A stretch of DNA of 64,000 bases from a virus (lineage: Duplodnaviria > Caudoviricetes): the IMG/VR virus record IMGVR_UViG_3300020577_007690, positions 10,782 to 74,781 of that record, one strand, 5' to 3'. The position numbers and the translations under genes are program-made. How positions within the stretch are numbered: position 1 is the stretch's first letter; the number at the start of each line of letters is the position of its first letter. Shown here piece by piece: positions 26,648 to 36,893 of this stretch. The notes under the pieces are model-generated. The model was not told the DNA's origin, ran no database searches, and worked only from the letters and a program-made list of their open reading frames with translations.

Positions 26648-27781
26648 TTAGGTGCTCACCTGTTGGCTGGCGCGCGGGATGAGAAGCTCCAGACCAACAG
26701 TCACCTCCGGCGAATCGAGACCGTTGTAGAGCATGATCCGTTGCCACCCATCGCGCGTGTTGTAGAACTTGCTGCTGATGATGTAGAGATCCTCGCCACT
26801 TCTCACGCGGTGGGTTGCGATGGTGTCGAAATCGAGCTTCTGCTGCGACTCGTCTCGGAACTCCACAGCGCGCGACTTGACAGTGCCGCCTTCCTCCCCG
26901 AGCTGCCTTGCCCAGGCAGCAGCAGCGATGCCCTCTCCCGCAGTCGCCTGGGCGACATCGGTGTAGCCGTTCAACTCGCGGTACACCTGCTCCTGCGTCG
27001 ACTCGACGAGCGCGCGGGCGTCGCTCACCGATGCGGCGGCGAGTCCGAGCGTGCGCCGCACGGACTGGCTCGCAGACATGATCGAGGAGGTGAAACCCGC
27101 GACAGCGTCCTTCGCCTGTTGCGCTCTGTCCTCGATCAGGCTGACCTGATCTCGCACGCGCGACAGGATGTCTCCGTTCCTGATCTCCTCTGGCGGGTTG
27201 TCGACGAGATCGCGGAGCGTCTGCGCCTTGTCCGTGAGCTGCGAAGCGAAGCTGTTGACGCCTGTCTGCGCCGGTAGAGACGCCGGAGACGGGGAGGACT
27301 GCATGCCGGTGACGACGAATTCCAACGTCCACGAAATGTCGTGGACTGTGCCGCCAGCTCCCTCCTTCATTCGCACCGGCTTCCAGTCAAACTTTTCGAT
27401 GATGCCGTAACGGACGTGGCGCCCCCAGGAGAGGCGGATCTGCTGACCGTGCGCGCACATCTCGAAGAACGTCTCGGCGAGCGTCTCGGCGGAAGCTACC
27501 TGTGGGCCTGGCTGCCCGTTGAAACCGACGCGAGCGACACCATCCGGGTTGGCGCCGAGCATGTGCCGGTCGCGCCAGATGTTGCTCAGCTTGATCGGCT
27601 TGAGCTGTGGGCCGCCGATCTGACAGGTCGCGTCTGGAGAGCCTTGCGGCCAGTCCAGATCGTTGCGCTGCTCGATTCCAAACTCGATCTCTTCGGGAGC
27701 GCAACGTCCCGAAAGCTCGACCTTGCGCCGTCGTCCCCCCAGCTCGTCGAAGGTGAGTGTTGGTTGTGCCTGCGTTGCCAT
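26648..27781 (-). CDS. Tube-initiator (gpU-like) protein with C-terminal LysM/gpX-like domain
   Basis: HRVRSGEDLYIISSKFY...WQRIMLYNGL...GLELLIP. Confidence 0.75.
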   Translation of the reverse strand: MATQAQPTLTFDELGGRRRKVELSGRCAPEEIEFGIEQRNDLDWPQGSPDATCQIGGPQLKPIKLSNIWRDRHMLGANPDGVARVGFNGQPGPQVASAETLAETFFEMCAHGQQIRLSWGRHVRYGIIEKFDWKPVRMKEGAGGTVHDISWTLEFVVTGMQSSPSPASLPAQTGVNSFASQLTDKAQTLRDLVDNPPEEIRNGDILSRVRDQVSLIEDRAQQAKDAVAGFTSSIMSASQSVRRTLGLAAASVSDARALVESTQEQVYRELNGYTDVAQATAGEGIAAAAWARQLGEEGGTVKSRAVEFRDESQQKLDFDTIATHRVRSGEDLYIISSKFYNTRDGWQRIMLYNGLDSPEVTVGLELLIPRASQQVST

Positions 27782-27782
27782 C

Positions 27783-27980
27783 TTACTCCTCCCTCTTCAC
27801 CTTGCGAACGCGCACCTCTTGCTTCGTCACAACGCGGAGTGCGACCCCGTAGCACTCCCGAACGAGCTTGTCGAGGCACGACTTACCGACGGCAGCAGGG
27901 GCCGCGTCGGACATTGGATCGTTGTGGAAGATGGGCTGGCAGGCGCTGTTGCGGCAGAAGGTGCAGATGTTGGCGACCAT
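27783..27980 (-). CDS. Small Cys-rich protein
   Basis: CTFC..C..C..C; lies in the operon. Confidence 0.5.
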   Translation of the reverse strand: MVANICTFCRNSACQPIFHNDPMSDAAPAAVGKSCLDKLVRECYGVALRVVTKQEVRVRKVKREE

Positions 27981-27992
27981 GTCGCCAGGATA

Positions 27993-29711
27993 TCACATGA
28001 GCGCGAACAGGGGCGTCAGGCCGCTCTCCAGCGCAGCCTTCTTCGGGATCTCCGCCTTGAACGCGGTGGCGATGCGATCCGGGTCGTACTCCTTGGCGAA
28101 TGCCATCTCGATGTTGAACTTCGAGCCGCGGAAGTCCTGGTTGACGACGGGCTTGAGCTTCTCTGGTGGACGTGGCGGACCGAATTGCTCGTTAGAGCCG
28201 ACCTTGCTGCTCAGACCCTTGATCCACGCAGAGAGATCATCGACACCGAAGGTCTTGCTGACGGCGCCCTCCGATGCTTGCGTCGCGATCTCATTCCACG
28301 CGATGCCCAGCTTCTGGATGATTTTGATCAGCCAGTCCGCCGTCTCGCTGATGAGGTTGACGCTCGTCTGGAAGAGCGGCCCCAGCTTGGCTGCGAACCA
28401 GGAGTACACGCCGCCGAGCACCTTGGCTCCGATGAGGAGCGAGTCCATGAACACCTGCGCGACGAACCCGACAGCCGTGCTCAGCAGACGGAAGACAGGA
28501 CCGAGTGTATCGAAGATGAGCGCGCCGAAGTCCATCAGCCCCATCCAGAGCAGACCGACCACGCTGAGCACGGCGTGGAAGCCAGTCGCGAGCGGAGGAA
28601 GCAGCGGCTCCACGATGTCGATCAGGGCGTAGCCGAGGCTGCGGAAGAAGTTGATCGTCGAGTCGAGCACCGGGCCAAGCTCACCGAAGCCCGTCATGAT
28701 CTCCATGAACGATCCGACCCATGTCGTGGCTTCGATCGGGTTCGTCGCCCTGTTCTCCGTCACGCTGTCTTGCGTGTAGGGTCCGAACATCGCACCGCTA
28801 CCAACGCCGAAATCGCTGGTCGCCCCGCCAGGCACCATCTGCCCCTTCAGATACTTCACCGTGCTGGTGATCGCCTTGGCCGCGCCGCGCCCGAGGTGCT
28901 CGGCGATGAGGATGACCTTCTCCTGCATCGAGCCGAATTCGTCGTTGAGCCACTTCACGCCCCTCTTGAACTCTTCAAAGGCGGGGTTGGTCAACGCGCG
29001 CATCGTGTTCTCGGCGTAGCTCGTCGCCGTGCTGCTGATCGCCTCCCAGGTGTTGTCGAACTCCCCGAGCATCCCGCCGTATGCCTTGACGACCTTCTCC
29101 AGCAGCTTGATTCGCTCGGCCGCCGACTTCTGGTTGAACTCCTCGGTACTCTTGACTCCCATGACGTCCTTGAACGTCACGAAGGAGCGCACGTCCATAC
29201 CCGCACGGCCCTGCGCCATCTGCATGACGTCGCGCGCGGCCTGGCCCGAGTCGATGCCCTGGCTGATGGCGGTCGCCATCAGGTTGTTGCTCAGGGTGAG
29301 CATCTTGGACAGGTCGGTCATGCCCGCCGCCTTGAGCGCAGGCATGGTGTAGCTGAAGCCCTGCATGAACTGGGCTTCACTGCCAGGGAGCTTGGCGGCC
29401 TCCTCCCGGTTCTGCTTCATGAGATCGTTCGTCAACTCCAGCGAGTGGTTGAACGACTTCGTGAAACCTGCGGCGCCGATGCTCCCGGCGAGCCGCATCT
29501 TCGTCTCTTCGAGGTTCTTGTTGAGCTTGATGATCTGGTCGATGCCGAAGCCGATGGCAGCGCCCAAGACGATGTTATTGAACATCGAGGCGGCGCGGTT
29601 GAGCGAGTTGAACTTGCTGAGCACGTCGTCGACACCGCCACCGATGTGCCCAAGCTGCTTGAGCGCATCGCCGCCGATGTTGAAAATTTGCTCGATCAGA
29701 TCCTCACCCAT
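27993..29711 (-). CDS. Tape measure protein (572 aa)
   Basis: Helical, Ala/Gly/Leu-rich with amphipathic repeats; follows the tail chaperone. Confidence 0.75.
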   Translation of the reverse strand: MGEDLIEQIFNIGGDALKQLGHIGGGVDDVLSKFNSLNRAASMFNNIVLGAAIGFGIDQIIKLNKNLEETKMRLAGSIGAAGFTKSFNHSLELTNDLMKQNREEAAKLPGSEAQFMQGFSYTMPALKAAGMTDLSKMLTLSNNLMATAISQGIDSGQAARDVMQMAQGRAGMDVRSFVTFKDVMGVKSTEEFNQKSAAERIKLLEKVVKAYGGMLGEFDNTWEAISSTATSYAENTMRALTNPAFEEFKRGVKWLNDEFGSMQEKVILIAEHLGRGAAKAITSTVKYLKGQMVPGGATSDFGVGSGAMFGPYTQDSVTENRATNPIEATTWVGSFMEIMTGFGELGPVLDSTINFFRSLGYALIDIVEPLLPPLATGFHAVLSVVGLLWMGLMDFGALIFDTLGPVFRLLSTAVGFVAQVFMDSLLIGAKVLGGVYSWFAAKLGPLFQTSVNLISETADWLIKIIQKLGIAWNEIATQASEGAVSKTFGVDDLSAWIKGLSSKVGSNEQFGPPRPPEKLKPVVNQDFRGSKFNIEMAFAKEYDPDRIATAFKAEIPKKAALESGLTPLFALM

Positions 29712-29961
29712 CTTTGCTCCTCTCGGCTTCTTCCACTTCGGCCAGCATGCGCAGACCGTCGCAGTAGGCGTACAGTCTGGTGATGGGGAGACTCATGACC
29801 CAATCGGCGGGCTGTCTGCCGTACCGTCCTACCCGTACGACGATCTGCCAGATGTCGTCGTGGAGCTGCTCCAAGTTCTCCTTGGAGTAGCGAAGGGAGG
29901 CGAGGACGATGTCGGTGACTACTCGTCGATCTGCACCATCTCCTCGTTCTCCTCGAAAAAA
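29704..29961 (-). CDS. Tail chaperone GT extension (-1 frame)
   Basis: Open -1 frame through slippery site TTTTTTC (29955-29961); WVMSLPITRL resembles TAC-T segments. Confidence 0.65.
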   Translation of the reverse strand, partial: FFRGERGDGADRRVVTDIVLASLRYSKENLEQLHDDIWQIVVRVGRYGRQPADWVMSLPITRLYAYCDGLRMLAEVEEAERSKDG

Positions 29962-30647
29962 TTTGCGCCGACTTGCGCCCTCACCTGCGCCAGCTTCGCG
30001 ATGATCGGCATCGCGCCACGGAGCATCGGGTGCCACGCCGCGATAGCCTCCTCGACATCGCCGACGGGCTCCCCGTTCACCTGCACGAGAGTCGCCGCGG
30101 TGATGGCGCGCATGTAGCGCAGCGGGTTCCCGCCGCAACCCTCGATCGCGGTGATCTCGTCTTCCGCGGTCTGGATGCGCAGCCCCACAGTCGAGACGAT
30201 GGGGTACTTCGTCGCCTTGAACTCGTCTTGCGCCGCCTGCGGGATGGTGTAGGTGTAGACCACCTTGCCCCCCTTGCTGGTCATCTTGCGCTTGTCGACG
30301 ATGGACTCGTTGAGCGCCATCTCATGCCGGCGGTTCCACGACTGTCCGAAGAACTGACGGAGATCGGGGTGCCAGGACTCGTACTCCGCCGTGCTGGACC
30401 CGTCGTGGTGCCGCAGCTTCACGCACGTCGGATCTCCCTCCTTCCCCTTCCACGACTCTAGCAGCGTGCGGTTGAAGAGCGTGCGCTTGTACTTGAGGGT
30501 GTTCGTCCCCGCCAGGTCCATCGCGATCTCTTCGTCCTCGAAGGTCGCGAGGCGGAAGGCGAACTTGTGTACGACGGGGAAACCCGTCGTGCGCGAGTCC
30601 TTGATGATGTTCGGGGGGACGTTGATGCGGAAAGCGGAGGTAGACAT
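29919..30647 (-). CDS. Tail assembly chaperone (G)
   Basis: Between tube and tape measure; duplicated R..T.EDE..A domain; slippery site near the 3' end. Confidence 0.75.
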   Translation of the reverse strand: MSTSAFRINVPPNIIKDSRTTGFPVVHKFAFRLATFEDEEIAMDLAGTNTLKYKRTLFNRTLLESWKGKEGDPTCVKLRHHDGSSTAEYESWHPDLRQFFGQSWNRRHEMALNESIVDKRKMTSKGGKVVYTYTIPQAAQDEFKATKYPIVSTVGLRIQTAEDEITAIEGCGGNPLRYMRAITAATLVQVNGEPVGDVEEAIAAWHPMLRGAMPIIAKLAQVRAQVGANFFEENEEMVQIDE

Positions 30648-30680
30648 ATGTGCAGCCTACTCTACGAGCGGCGGCGCTGT

Positions 30681-31121
30681 CTAGGACGTCAGGAACTTCG
30701 GCTGGGAGCAGGAGCAGTTGAGCCCCGACTCCATGTAGCGGTTGCGCGCCGAGATGTCGAGCGGGATGTCCCCGTAGACGAGCGGGCTGAACAGCACCTT
30801 GCGGACGCGCCCCGTGCTGAACTTGATCGCGCACTGCGCCGTCAGGATGATCTGCTTCTGCCGATCGCTCGCGCTCTCCAGCAGGGTCTCGACGACGGCC
30901 AGGTACTTGTCGTCGTCCACGTTGAACTTGATGTCGATGTCCACGCCGTCCGAGATGTTGTCGTAGCTCGGGTTCTGGCGCCCCAGGTACTGCTCCGTGA
31001 TCTTCTCCACCTTGAACTTGATGGAGAAGCTCTTGATCGCCGTCACCTCGACGAGCGGGGCGTTGTCCTTGATCAGGGACACGACAACGTCGCGTCCCAG
31101 CGTCTCTCTGCTCTTCGCCAT
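30681..31121 (-). CDS. Tail tube protein
   Basis: 146 aa, beta-rich, directly downstream of the sheath. Confidence 0.75.
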   Translation of the reverse strand: MAKSRETLGRDVVVSLIKDNAPLVEVTAIKSFSIKFKVEKITEQYLGRQNPSYDNISDGVDIDIKFNVDDDKYLAVVETLLESASDRQKQIILTAQCAIKFSTGRVRKVLFSPLVYGDIPLDISARNRYMESGLNCSCSQPKFLTS

Positions 31122-31136
31122 GACTCTGTGGCTCCT

Positions 31137-33170
31137 TTACGAGGCGTCCTTGACGACCACGGCGCCCTGCCCGACTTCGAGACCCAAGACGAGGTGGTCC
31201 TGGGTGGCGAGCATGCTAACGGTGATCATCATGACGAAGATGCCGAGCGCTTCCTGCTCGGGTGTGTTGCCGGACACGATGTCCACGTCGTAGTCCTTGA
31301 TGCGCTGGCGCTTGGGGTTGTTCGTCGACTTCAGGTCTTCGAGGAACGCCACCACGACGCCCTGCTCCTGGTCCTTCAGCTCATCGGTCAGCGGCTCCTT
31401 CGCGTAGGAGTCGAGCCCGTTGGCGAAGCTCTTGGAGAGGAAGTCGAACATGCGGACGCGGTTGGCGGGCTTGCGCGCCGTGAGCTGGATCTCCGTCGTC
31501 ACGCCGCTGTAGAACGCGACCTTCCCCTCGGCGAAGCGTGGCATCTGCACACCGTTGGCCTTCGCCAGGATGTACTCCGCCATCGTGAGGACAGGGGCGC
31601 CGCGCTGGAAGCCGAGCACGTTCGCCAGCACGCGCGGGACCGGGTCGCTGTGCTGTGCCGGGTTGCGCTCTGGCAGCAGGTTCGACAGGATGCACGCCAT
31701 CCACTCGTCGGACGGGGTGTCGAGGATGCCGTCTGTCGTGGTGTCGCCGTCCGCAGTCGCAATCGAGATGCCCACCGCCTCCTTGACGAAGGTGGTGAAC
31801 CCCGGCCACTGCACCCAGCGGCGCTCGTCTCGCAGCGCACCGACGCCAGGATCGGTGTTGCTGGTCAGGATCGTCGTCGCGTTCAGCTCGTCCAGCTCGG
31901 GGCTCTGGAGCGTGATGCGGTTCAGACCATCGGCCGTTGCGGCGAGAACGTGGGCGCGCAGCGCCGAACGGATCGTCGAGGACTTGCGCGCCGCGATGAC
32001 GATGTCGATGTAGCTCGCCAGGTCGCCACCGCGGGTCGCGTCCATCGCCGCCACGTAGAGCGCATCTAGCTCCGCGCTGTTGGCCCGGTTGGGCGCCTGG
32101 ATGTTGGTCGTGAACGCGAGGTTGTTGGTTGGGTGCGTGAAGCCCTTGAGCCCTGTGAGCCCATCCCACTGCGCCCCCGTGCCAGCGAGCGGCGCCACGG
32201 TGGGCGACAGCGTCGTGGCAGAGTTGACGGTGGCATCGAGCGGGCGAGCGGGGATCAGGTAGCCGGTGGCGCTCGACAGGACGCACTCACCGCCGGAGTC
32301 AGCGGTAGCCGCGGGGTGGATGCGGTAGGCGATGGCCGCCGATGCCATGCCAGCGGTCCACTCGAAGTCTGCGCCGTCCATGCGCTGGAGGGTCAGCTTC
32401 GTCGCGCTGTCGATCACGGTCACGCGGTACGTCGTCTGTGCAGTCGCGACGAGCAGGTTCGCAGACCCTGCGGAGGCGTTGAGGCTGCCGAGGACGACGA
32501 TGTCGCCGACCTTGACGCCGGTCTTCCCGTCAGGGCGAACGACGGTGGTGAAGGCGCCGCTTGCGCTCGTGATGAACTGGGTCGCCGCCGCTGCACTGGC
32601 GATGATGGTCCCGTCGAGGCCGCTCGCGTAGTGCGCGCGACCCTCGAAGATGACGCGCGTGCCGACCTTGACGCGGTTCGTGCTGCTGCGGAACTCGCGA
32701 CCCGCAGCAACAGCAGCGCCGCTGACCGGGACGATCGGCGTCGCGTCGGTGGCGCTCTTGTTCGTCGGCAGATCGCGCACGTAGCGCGTCGCCCACTGCG
32801 AGCAGAGGTTGATCGGCGCGATGAGCAGCGACGCCGACGCCCACGGCTTGTTGGCGACCGCCACGTAGCCGTTGCCCATATCGGAGCCGAACTTCCCGAT
32901 CGTCGAGTCGAAGCCGCCGTACTTCGTGATGAAGTCGATGGCAGAGAGCGCGAAGTCGAGCTGGAGGTTGGTCGTCACCTCGCCCGTGGTCTTGTTGACC
33001 TTGACCGCCTTGCCCATGTCGGCGAACTCGCCGAGGAGGCACACGCGCCCGATCGGCACGCCTTGGATCGGTCCGGTAGGAGCCAGGTCGGCGATCATGA
33101 TCCCTTCGATCTGGGTGATCTCCTCCCGGCCAGGAAAATAATTGCGGACGCGCGTGAACGTAAGACCCAT
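31137..33170 (-). CDS. Contractile tail sheath protein
   Basis: 677 aa; C-terminal RVRMFDFL...VVAFLEDL sheath-like region; position. Confidence 0.85.
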   Translation of the reverse strand: MGLTFTRVRNYFPGREEITQIEGIMIADLAPTGPIQGVPIGRVCLLGEFADMGKAVKVNKTTGEVTTNLQLDFALSAIDFITKYGGFDSTIGKFGSDMGNGYVAVANKPWASASLLIAPINLCSQWATRYVRDLPTNKSATDATPIVPVSGAAVAAGREFRSSTNRVKVGTRVIFEGRAHYASGLDGTIIASAAAATQFITSASGAFTTVVRPDGKTGVKVGDIVVLGSLNASAGSANLLVATAQTTYRVTVIDSATKLTLQRMDGADFEWTAGMASAAIAYRIHPAATADSGGECVLSSATGYLIPARPLDATVNSATTLSPTVAPLAGTGAQWDGLTGLKGFTHPTNNLAFTTNIQAPNRANSAELDALYVAAMDATRGGDLASYIDIVIAARKSSTIRSALRAHVLAATADGLNRITLQSPELDELNATTILTSNTDPGVGALRDERRWVQWPGFTTFVKEAVGISIATADGDTTTDGILDTPSDEWMACILSNLLPERNPAQHSDPVPRVLANVLGFQRGAPVLTMAEYILAKANGVQMPRFAEGKVAFYSGVTTEIQLTARKPANRVRMFDFLSKSFANGLDSYAKEPLTDELKDQEQGVVVAFLEDLKSTNNPKRQRIKDYDVDIVSGNTPEQEALGIFVMMITVSMLATQDHLVLGLEVGQGAVVVKDAS

Positions 33171-33291
33171 TACACTTTCTCCGTGCTGGGAAGCGCCAGC
33201 TTCGTGAGGGATTCCTGGGCCAATGGTACACCGCTTGCGCAGATCTCCATAACGGAGACGCTGAACAGAGGTTCTGTCGACGGTGGCTAGG

Positions 33292-34011
33292 CTACGGCGG
33301 GGATTCGTCGGGGGTGTTGACGGCGATACCGACGCGGGGCTTGACGACGGGGCGGGCGACGACGCGGATCTGAGGGCAGGAGACGCTGACCGTACACCAC
33401 GCCTTCCACCGACCCTGACGAGCAGCGACGCCTGCCTCCTCGTAGCGCATCTTCATCTCGGCGGCGTAGACGGCGCGCACCCCGTGGTAGTGCGGCAGCT
33501 CCAGCTCGAAGCCGGCCTGCGGGTCGGAGCCAGGGAGTCCCTCGGGGTTGAAGTCGTCCTCCAGCATCTTGCAGAGCCACATGCGAGACGGCTTGTCCTG
33601 CGACACCATCTCGATCTGGAGGCTCTTGCGATACTCGGCGGGTCGCGCGCCGTAGAACTTCCAGCCACCGCGCGCGTACTTCCCGCTCGGGTTGACGACC
33701 ATCTCCAGCTCGTTGGAACGGGTGATGATGTTGCTCATCCCCTTCGGCTCGTACATGCCGTCATCGCCAGCGCCTTGCACGCCAGCGACAGGGAGCACCG
33801 CCTTCTCATCGAGATCGCCGAAGGTGTCGTAGACCTTCGTGAACGCGAGCGTGCGCCCAGAAGGTGTCTCGATGGAGAGCTGCTGGAGGTACTCGGCGAG
33901 CCCGCGGCGGACGGCTGTCTCCAGATCCGCCTCGCAGCGATTCGTCAGCGGCTTCTCGACGTCGCGTGCGTGCTCGATGAGACGTGACAGACCGTCGAGA
34001 TGGGTGTACAT
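33292..34011 (-). CDS. Tail terminator/neck protein
   Basis: Position immediately upstream of the sheath; size. Confidence 0.55.
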   Translation of the reverse strand: MYTHLDGLSRLIEHARDVEKPLTNRCEADLETAVRRGLAEYLQQLSIETPSGRTLAFTKVYDTFGDLDEKAVLPVAGVQGAGDDGMYEPKGMSNIITRSNELEMVVNPSGKYARGGWKFYGARPAEYRKSLQIEMVSQDKPSRMWLCKMLEDDFNPEGLPGSDPQAGFELELPHYHGVRAVYAAEMKMRYEEAGVAARQGRWKAWCTVSVSCPQIRVVARPVVKPRVGIAVNTPDESPP

Positions 34012-34181
34012 CAGCCCTTCTTCCGCAGCGCGGGCACGAGGCGCTTGTTCCCCGGACCCTTCTGCTTCTCCTTCAGCTCCTCAGTGGCGCTGTGGCCCTC
34101 CTCCTTCGCCTCGCGTGCCACGTCACGCGCGGTGATGCGCTTTCGCATGGGAGCGTCTTTTTTCATGGCGCAGCCGTTCAT
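34011..34181 (-). CDS. Small basic protein with MNGCAMKK leader (56 aa, not in ORF track)
   Basis: ATGA overlap upstream and TGATG overlap downstream. Confidence 0.6.
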   Translation of the reverse strand: MNGCAMKKDAPMRKRITARDVAREAKEEGHSATEELKEKQKGPGNKRLVPALRKKG

Positions 34182-34408
34182 CGCTTGCCGCCCTTCCCAG
34201 GGTAGCCCTGGTGCTTGATTGTGACGAACGGCAGCGAGCCGATCGGAGCGTGCGTGTCACCGCTCACGAAGAAGCCGTGCCCTCCGCCTGGGTGCGCCCC
34301 TGCCTTGCGCTGCGGAGGTAGGCGACGCTCGTGGTTCAGATCGCGCACGGTCTGCTCCGCCAGCACCTTCGCTGGGGAGGGACCGTTCGTGCCGGTGCTC
34401 TTGCTCAT
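34178..34408 (-). CDS. Small basic/Gly-rich protein
   Basis: GGAG SD; ATGA overlap. Confidence 0.55.
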   Translation of the reverse strand: MSKSTGTNGPSPAKVLAEQTVRDLNHERRLPPQRKAGAHPGGGHGFFVSGDTHAPIGSLPFVTIKHQGYPGKGGKR

Positions 34409-34875
34409 GCTTTTCTCCAACTCTCGATGAGGGCGGTCTTCACAGCTCGTCTGAGGATCATTCTCATCTGCCTGCGGCTCGACCGCAAGATCCGCTTTCC
34501 GACGAGGCCGCGCTGGGCGATCTTCCGTCCGATGAGGAAGGCAGTGCTCTTCGCCTGCGCGCCTGTCTGCCCGAAGCGGCGCTGCACCCATGCCAAGATG
34601 ACGTCTGGAGGCGGCGCCTTCCCCGGAGCGCGCCCGTTGTCGATGAAGCCACTGCCGGGGCGGATGTTGACGATGCGGACGCTCTTGCCGCGCCGCACGA
34701 CACGCCAGCCTGCCGCGAAGCCTCCTGTGTCCACCCCCGCCGCCTGCGACTTCTGCTGAAGCATCGGCAGGCACTCCTGCGCGCCGCGATAGAGACCCTC
34801 GCGCTGCGCAGCTTCGAGCTTGCCTCTGTAGCTGCGGAGCTTCTTGGCAAACTGTGCGAGGGTGATCTTCGGCAT
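34405..34875 (-). CDS. HK97 gp10-like neck/virion morphogenesis protein
   Basis: VDTGGFAAGW...GRAPGKAPPPDVILAWV...IGRKIAQRG. Confidence 0.7.
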   Translation of the reverse strand: MPKITLAQFAKKLRSYRGKLEAAQREGLYRGAQECLPMLQQKSQAAGVDTGGFAAGWRVVRRGKSVRIVNIRPGSGFIDNGRAPGKAPPPDVILAWVQRRFGQTGAQAKSTAFLIGRKIAQRGLVGKRILRSSRRQMRMILRRAVKTALIESWRKA

Positions 34876-35393
34876 CAGCGTCGCGCGCTCGCATCGCGCA
34901 GCACAACGACTTCCTTCTCGCTCTTCCCCTTCCCCAGCACCTTGTCAAAGTCGATGGCGGCGGTCTTTCCGTTCACCTTGATGGACGTCGGCTTCTTCTG
35001 TCCAGGTGACTTGAAGAACATCGCCCCTTTCTCGGATCGACTGTACGCCTGTGGTGCTCGCGTTGCGATGATGCCGCCACGGTGCAGAACGGTGTCGCCG
35101 GGATGAAGATCGGCGAGATGCCCGCCTTTGACAGTGTGCGGAAGAAGTTGCTTCATCGCCTCCTTGACGTGCGGTGGGGCCACTTCGTCTTGCTGCCAGT
35201 GCGAGACAATCGTCTTGACGATGAAGTCACGCTGCGGAGAACCAGGACGCAGCAGCTTTTCGAGTCGAGGCCCCTTGAGCTTGAACACGTCGCCGACAGA
35301 GAGGCCCTTCTTGTGCGAGTCGGGGTTGTTCCCTCGACCGACACCCGGCATCTCGACGTCTTTCCGCGGTCGCTTCATCGACGGTCCGTACAT
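34875..35393 (-). CDS. Basic protein with MYGPSMKR...MPGVGRGNNPDSH leader
   Basis: GAGGG SD before ATG 35393. Confidence 0.7.
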   Translation of the reverse strand: MYGPSMKRPRKDVEMPGVGRGNNPDSHKKGLSVGDVFKLKGPRLEKLLRPGSPQRDFIVKTIVSHWQQDEVAPPHVKEAMKQLLPHTVKGGHLADLHPGDTVLHRGGIIATRAPQAYSRSEKGAMFFKSPGQKKPTSIKVNGKTAAIDFDKVLGKGKSEKEVVVLRDASARR

Positions 35394-35400
35394 CGTGCCC

Positions 35401-35991
35401 TCAGTCGATGTTGGCAAAACCAAGGAAGCGGTGAGAACCGCGTAGTCCCTTATGAAGTTCAATTATCGACACGGATTCCCGTACGTGAACTTTTGCAGGG
35501 AAGTCTCCTTCATTCGCACCGATCGTGTCGATGAGCAGGTTCAGCACGTTGATGCGGCGGAGCATGTTGACGTGCCCGGCGCGGCGCTTGATGTCTCGCT
35601 CGTAGAAGAGCACCGCGGCGCGGTGCATCGCCTCTGCTAGGTCTTCCGGCGTCGGGAAGCCGGTGACGTCTCGGTAGAGGCCGCGCAGGATGTAGCCCTG
35701 CCGCATGCGCTCAGCGGATATGCTGCGGGGCATGCCGGACTTCGCCCGCGTGTGAACGAGCGACACCCAAGCAGCGCACCACATATCACCGGGGCGGCGC
35801 GTGCGCGGGTTGTCGTAGTTCAAACACTCGATGACGAACGGACCTTCGTTGTTGCCGCCCTCCTCTCCCTTGCCGATGTCCTTGTCCGCCTCAGCGAGGA
35901 CGATGTCCGCCATCGAAAGGATGAGCTTCTCCGTGGGCGCCAGTGAGAGCGGCAGCGGGATCGCAGGATCGGTCTTGTCAGCGTCGCTCAC
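35401..35991 (-). CDS. CHAP-type (Cys/His) peptidoglycan hydrolase, likely endolysin
   Basis: GEEGGNNEGP...WCAAWVS...AGHV...TIGAN; catalytic Cys and His present. Confidence 0.75.
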   Translation of the reverse strand: MSDADKTDPAIPLPLSLAPTEKLILSMADIVLAEADKDIGKGEEGGNNEGPFVIECLNYDNPRTRRPGDMWCAAWVSLVHTRAKSGMPRSISAERMRQGYILRGLYRDVTGFPTPEDLAEAMHRAAVLFYERDIKRRAGHVNMLRRINVLNLLIDTIGANEGDFPAKVHVRESVSIIELHKGLRGSHRFLGFANID

Positions 35992-36000
35992 GTTCGTCTC

Positions 36001-36360
36001 CTACCAGAGTCCGTGTTTCTCTCGAAGCTGTGCAGCGCGTTGACGCATGATATCGCCCTTTGCAATCTGCTGCGGCGTCCTTCTTTCCGGCCTGCCGCTA
36101 GGGATGTGCGCCATCAACGGCAGCATGCTGTTGATGTGACGTTCGATGGTGCTGACTCTGTTTTCTGCCAGCCCTCTTCTCTTATCTTCGCTATCTCTAG
36201 AAAGACGCTTCTTGTCGCTGTAGGACAGATCTGGATCGTTCCGTTCCATCTTGAGCTTCGTGCCGGGTGTGATTCTCTTCCTGACGTGACTCGCCGGGTT
36301 GTTGCCACGACCGACGCCAGGCATCTTCGCGCCGCTGCGTTTCATCGACTTGCCGTTCAC
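36001..36360 (-). CDS. Basic protein with MNGKSMKR...MPGVGRGNNPASH leader
   Basis: GTG start overlapping the upstream TGA. Confidence 0.65.
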   Translation of the reverse strand: MNGKSMKRSGAKMPGVGRGNNPASHVRKRITPGTKLKMERNDPDLSYSDKKRLSRDSEDKRRGLAENRVSTIERHINSMLPLMAHIPSGRPERRTPQQIAKGDIMRQRAAQLREKHGLW

Positions 36361-36893
36361 GACTGCATCTCTCCGTTCCGCGCGCGGTCTTGCTGGGCGC
36401 GCTCCAAGCTCACGTTCCACCCGAGCGTCTTGTACTCGGGGTTCGACTTCAGGTGGAAGCGGCGCTGGTAGCTCGCTCCGTTGTGTCCGAGGAACTCGAT
36501 CTCCCAGAATACCGTTGCATCACTCTGTGGCGGCGTACCGTCGTCATCGTGCCCGCGCAGCTCTTCCTCGGTGTAGTTCGCGTTGATCTTGGACACCATG
36601 ACCGTACCGACTTCGAACATGCCGCCGCTCTCGACGCTGTTCTCCACGCTCCCCATCCCTTCCACCTTCGGCGTCGGCAGGATGTTACGCACGAGATCGA
36701 CGTACTCCTGACCCTCTCCGACTGCGAGTCCGCTCCATCGCGTACGCACGATGCGGACGTGCATCGGCCGCAGACCGAAGAAGGTGAGCAGATCGCGCAG
36801 ATCGGGGACAAGGTCCGTCGCCAGGTCACGCGCGAGCGCCTGCTTGAAGTCCTTGAAGTCGAGCAGGGTGAACTTCTTCTCGTCGACTGACAT
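36357..36893 (-). CDS. Head closure/stopper-like protein
   Basis: Beta-rich; follows the adaptor; TGATG coupling. Confidence 0.6.
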   Translation of the reverse strand: MSVDEKKFTLLDFKDFKQALARDLATDLVPDLRDLLTFFGLRPMHVRIVRTRWSGLAVGEGQEYVDLVRNILPTPKVEGMGSVENSVESGGMFEVGTVMVSKINANYTEEELRGHDDDGTPPQSDATVFWEIEFLGHNGASYQRRFHLKSNPEYKTLGWNVSLERAQQDRARNGEMQS

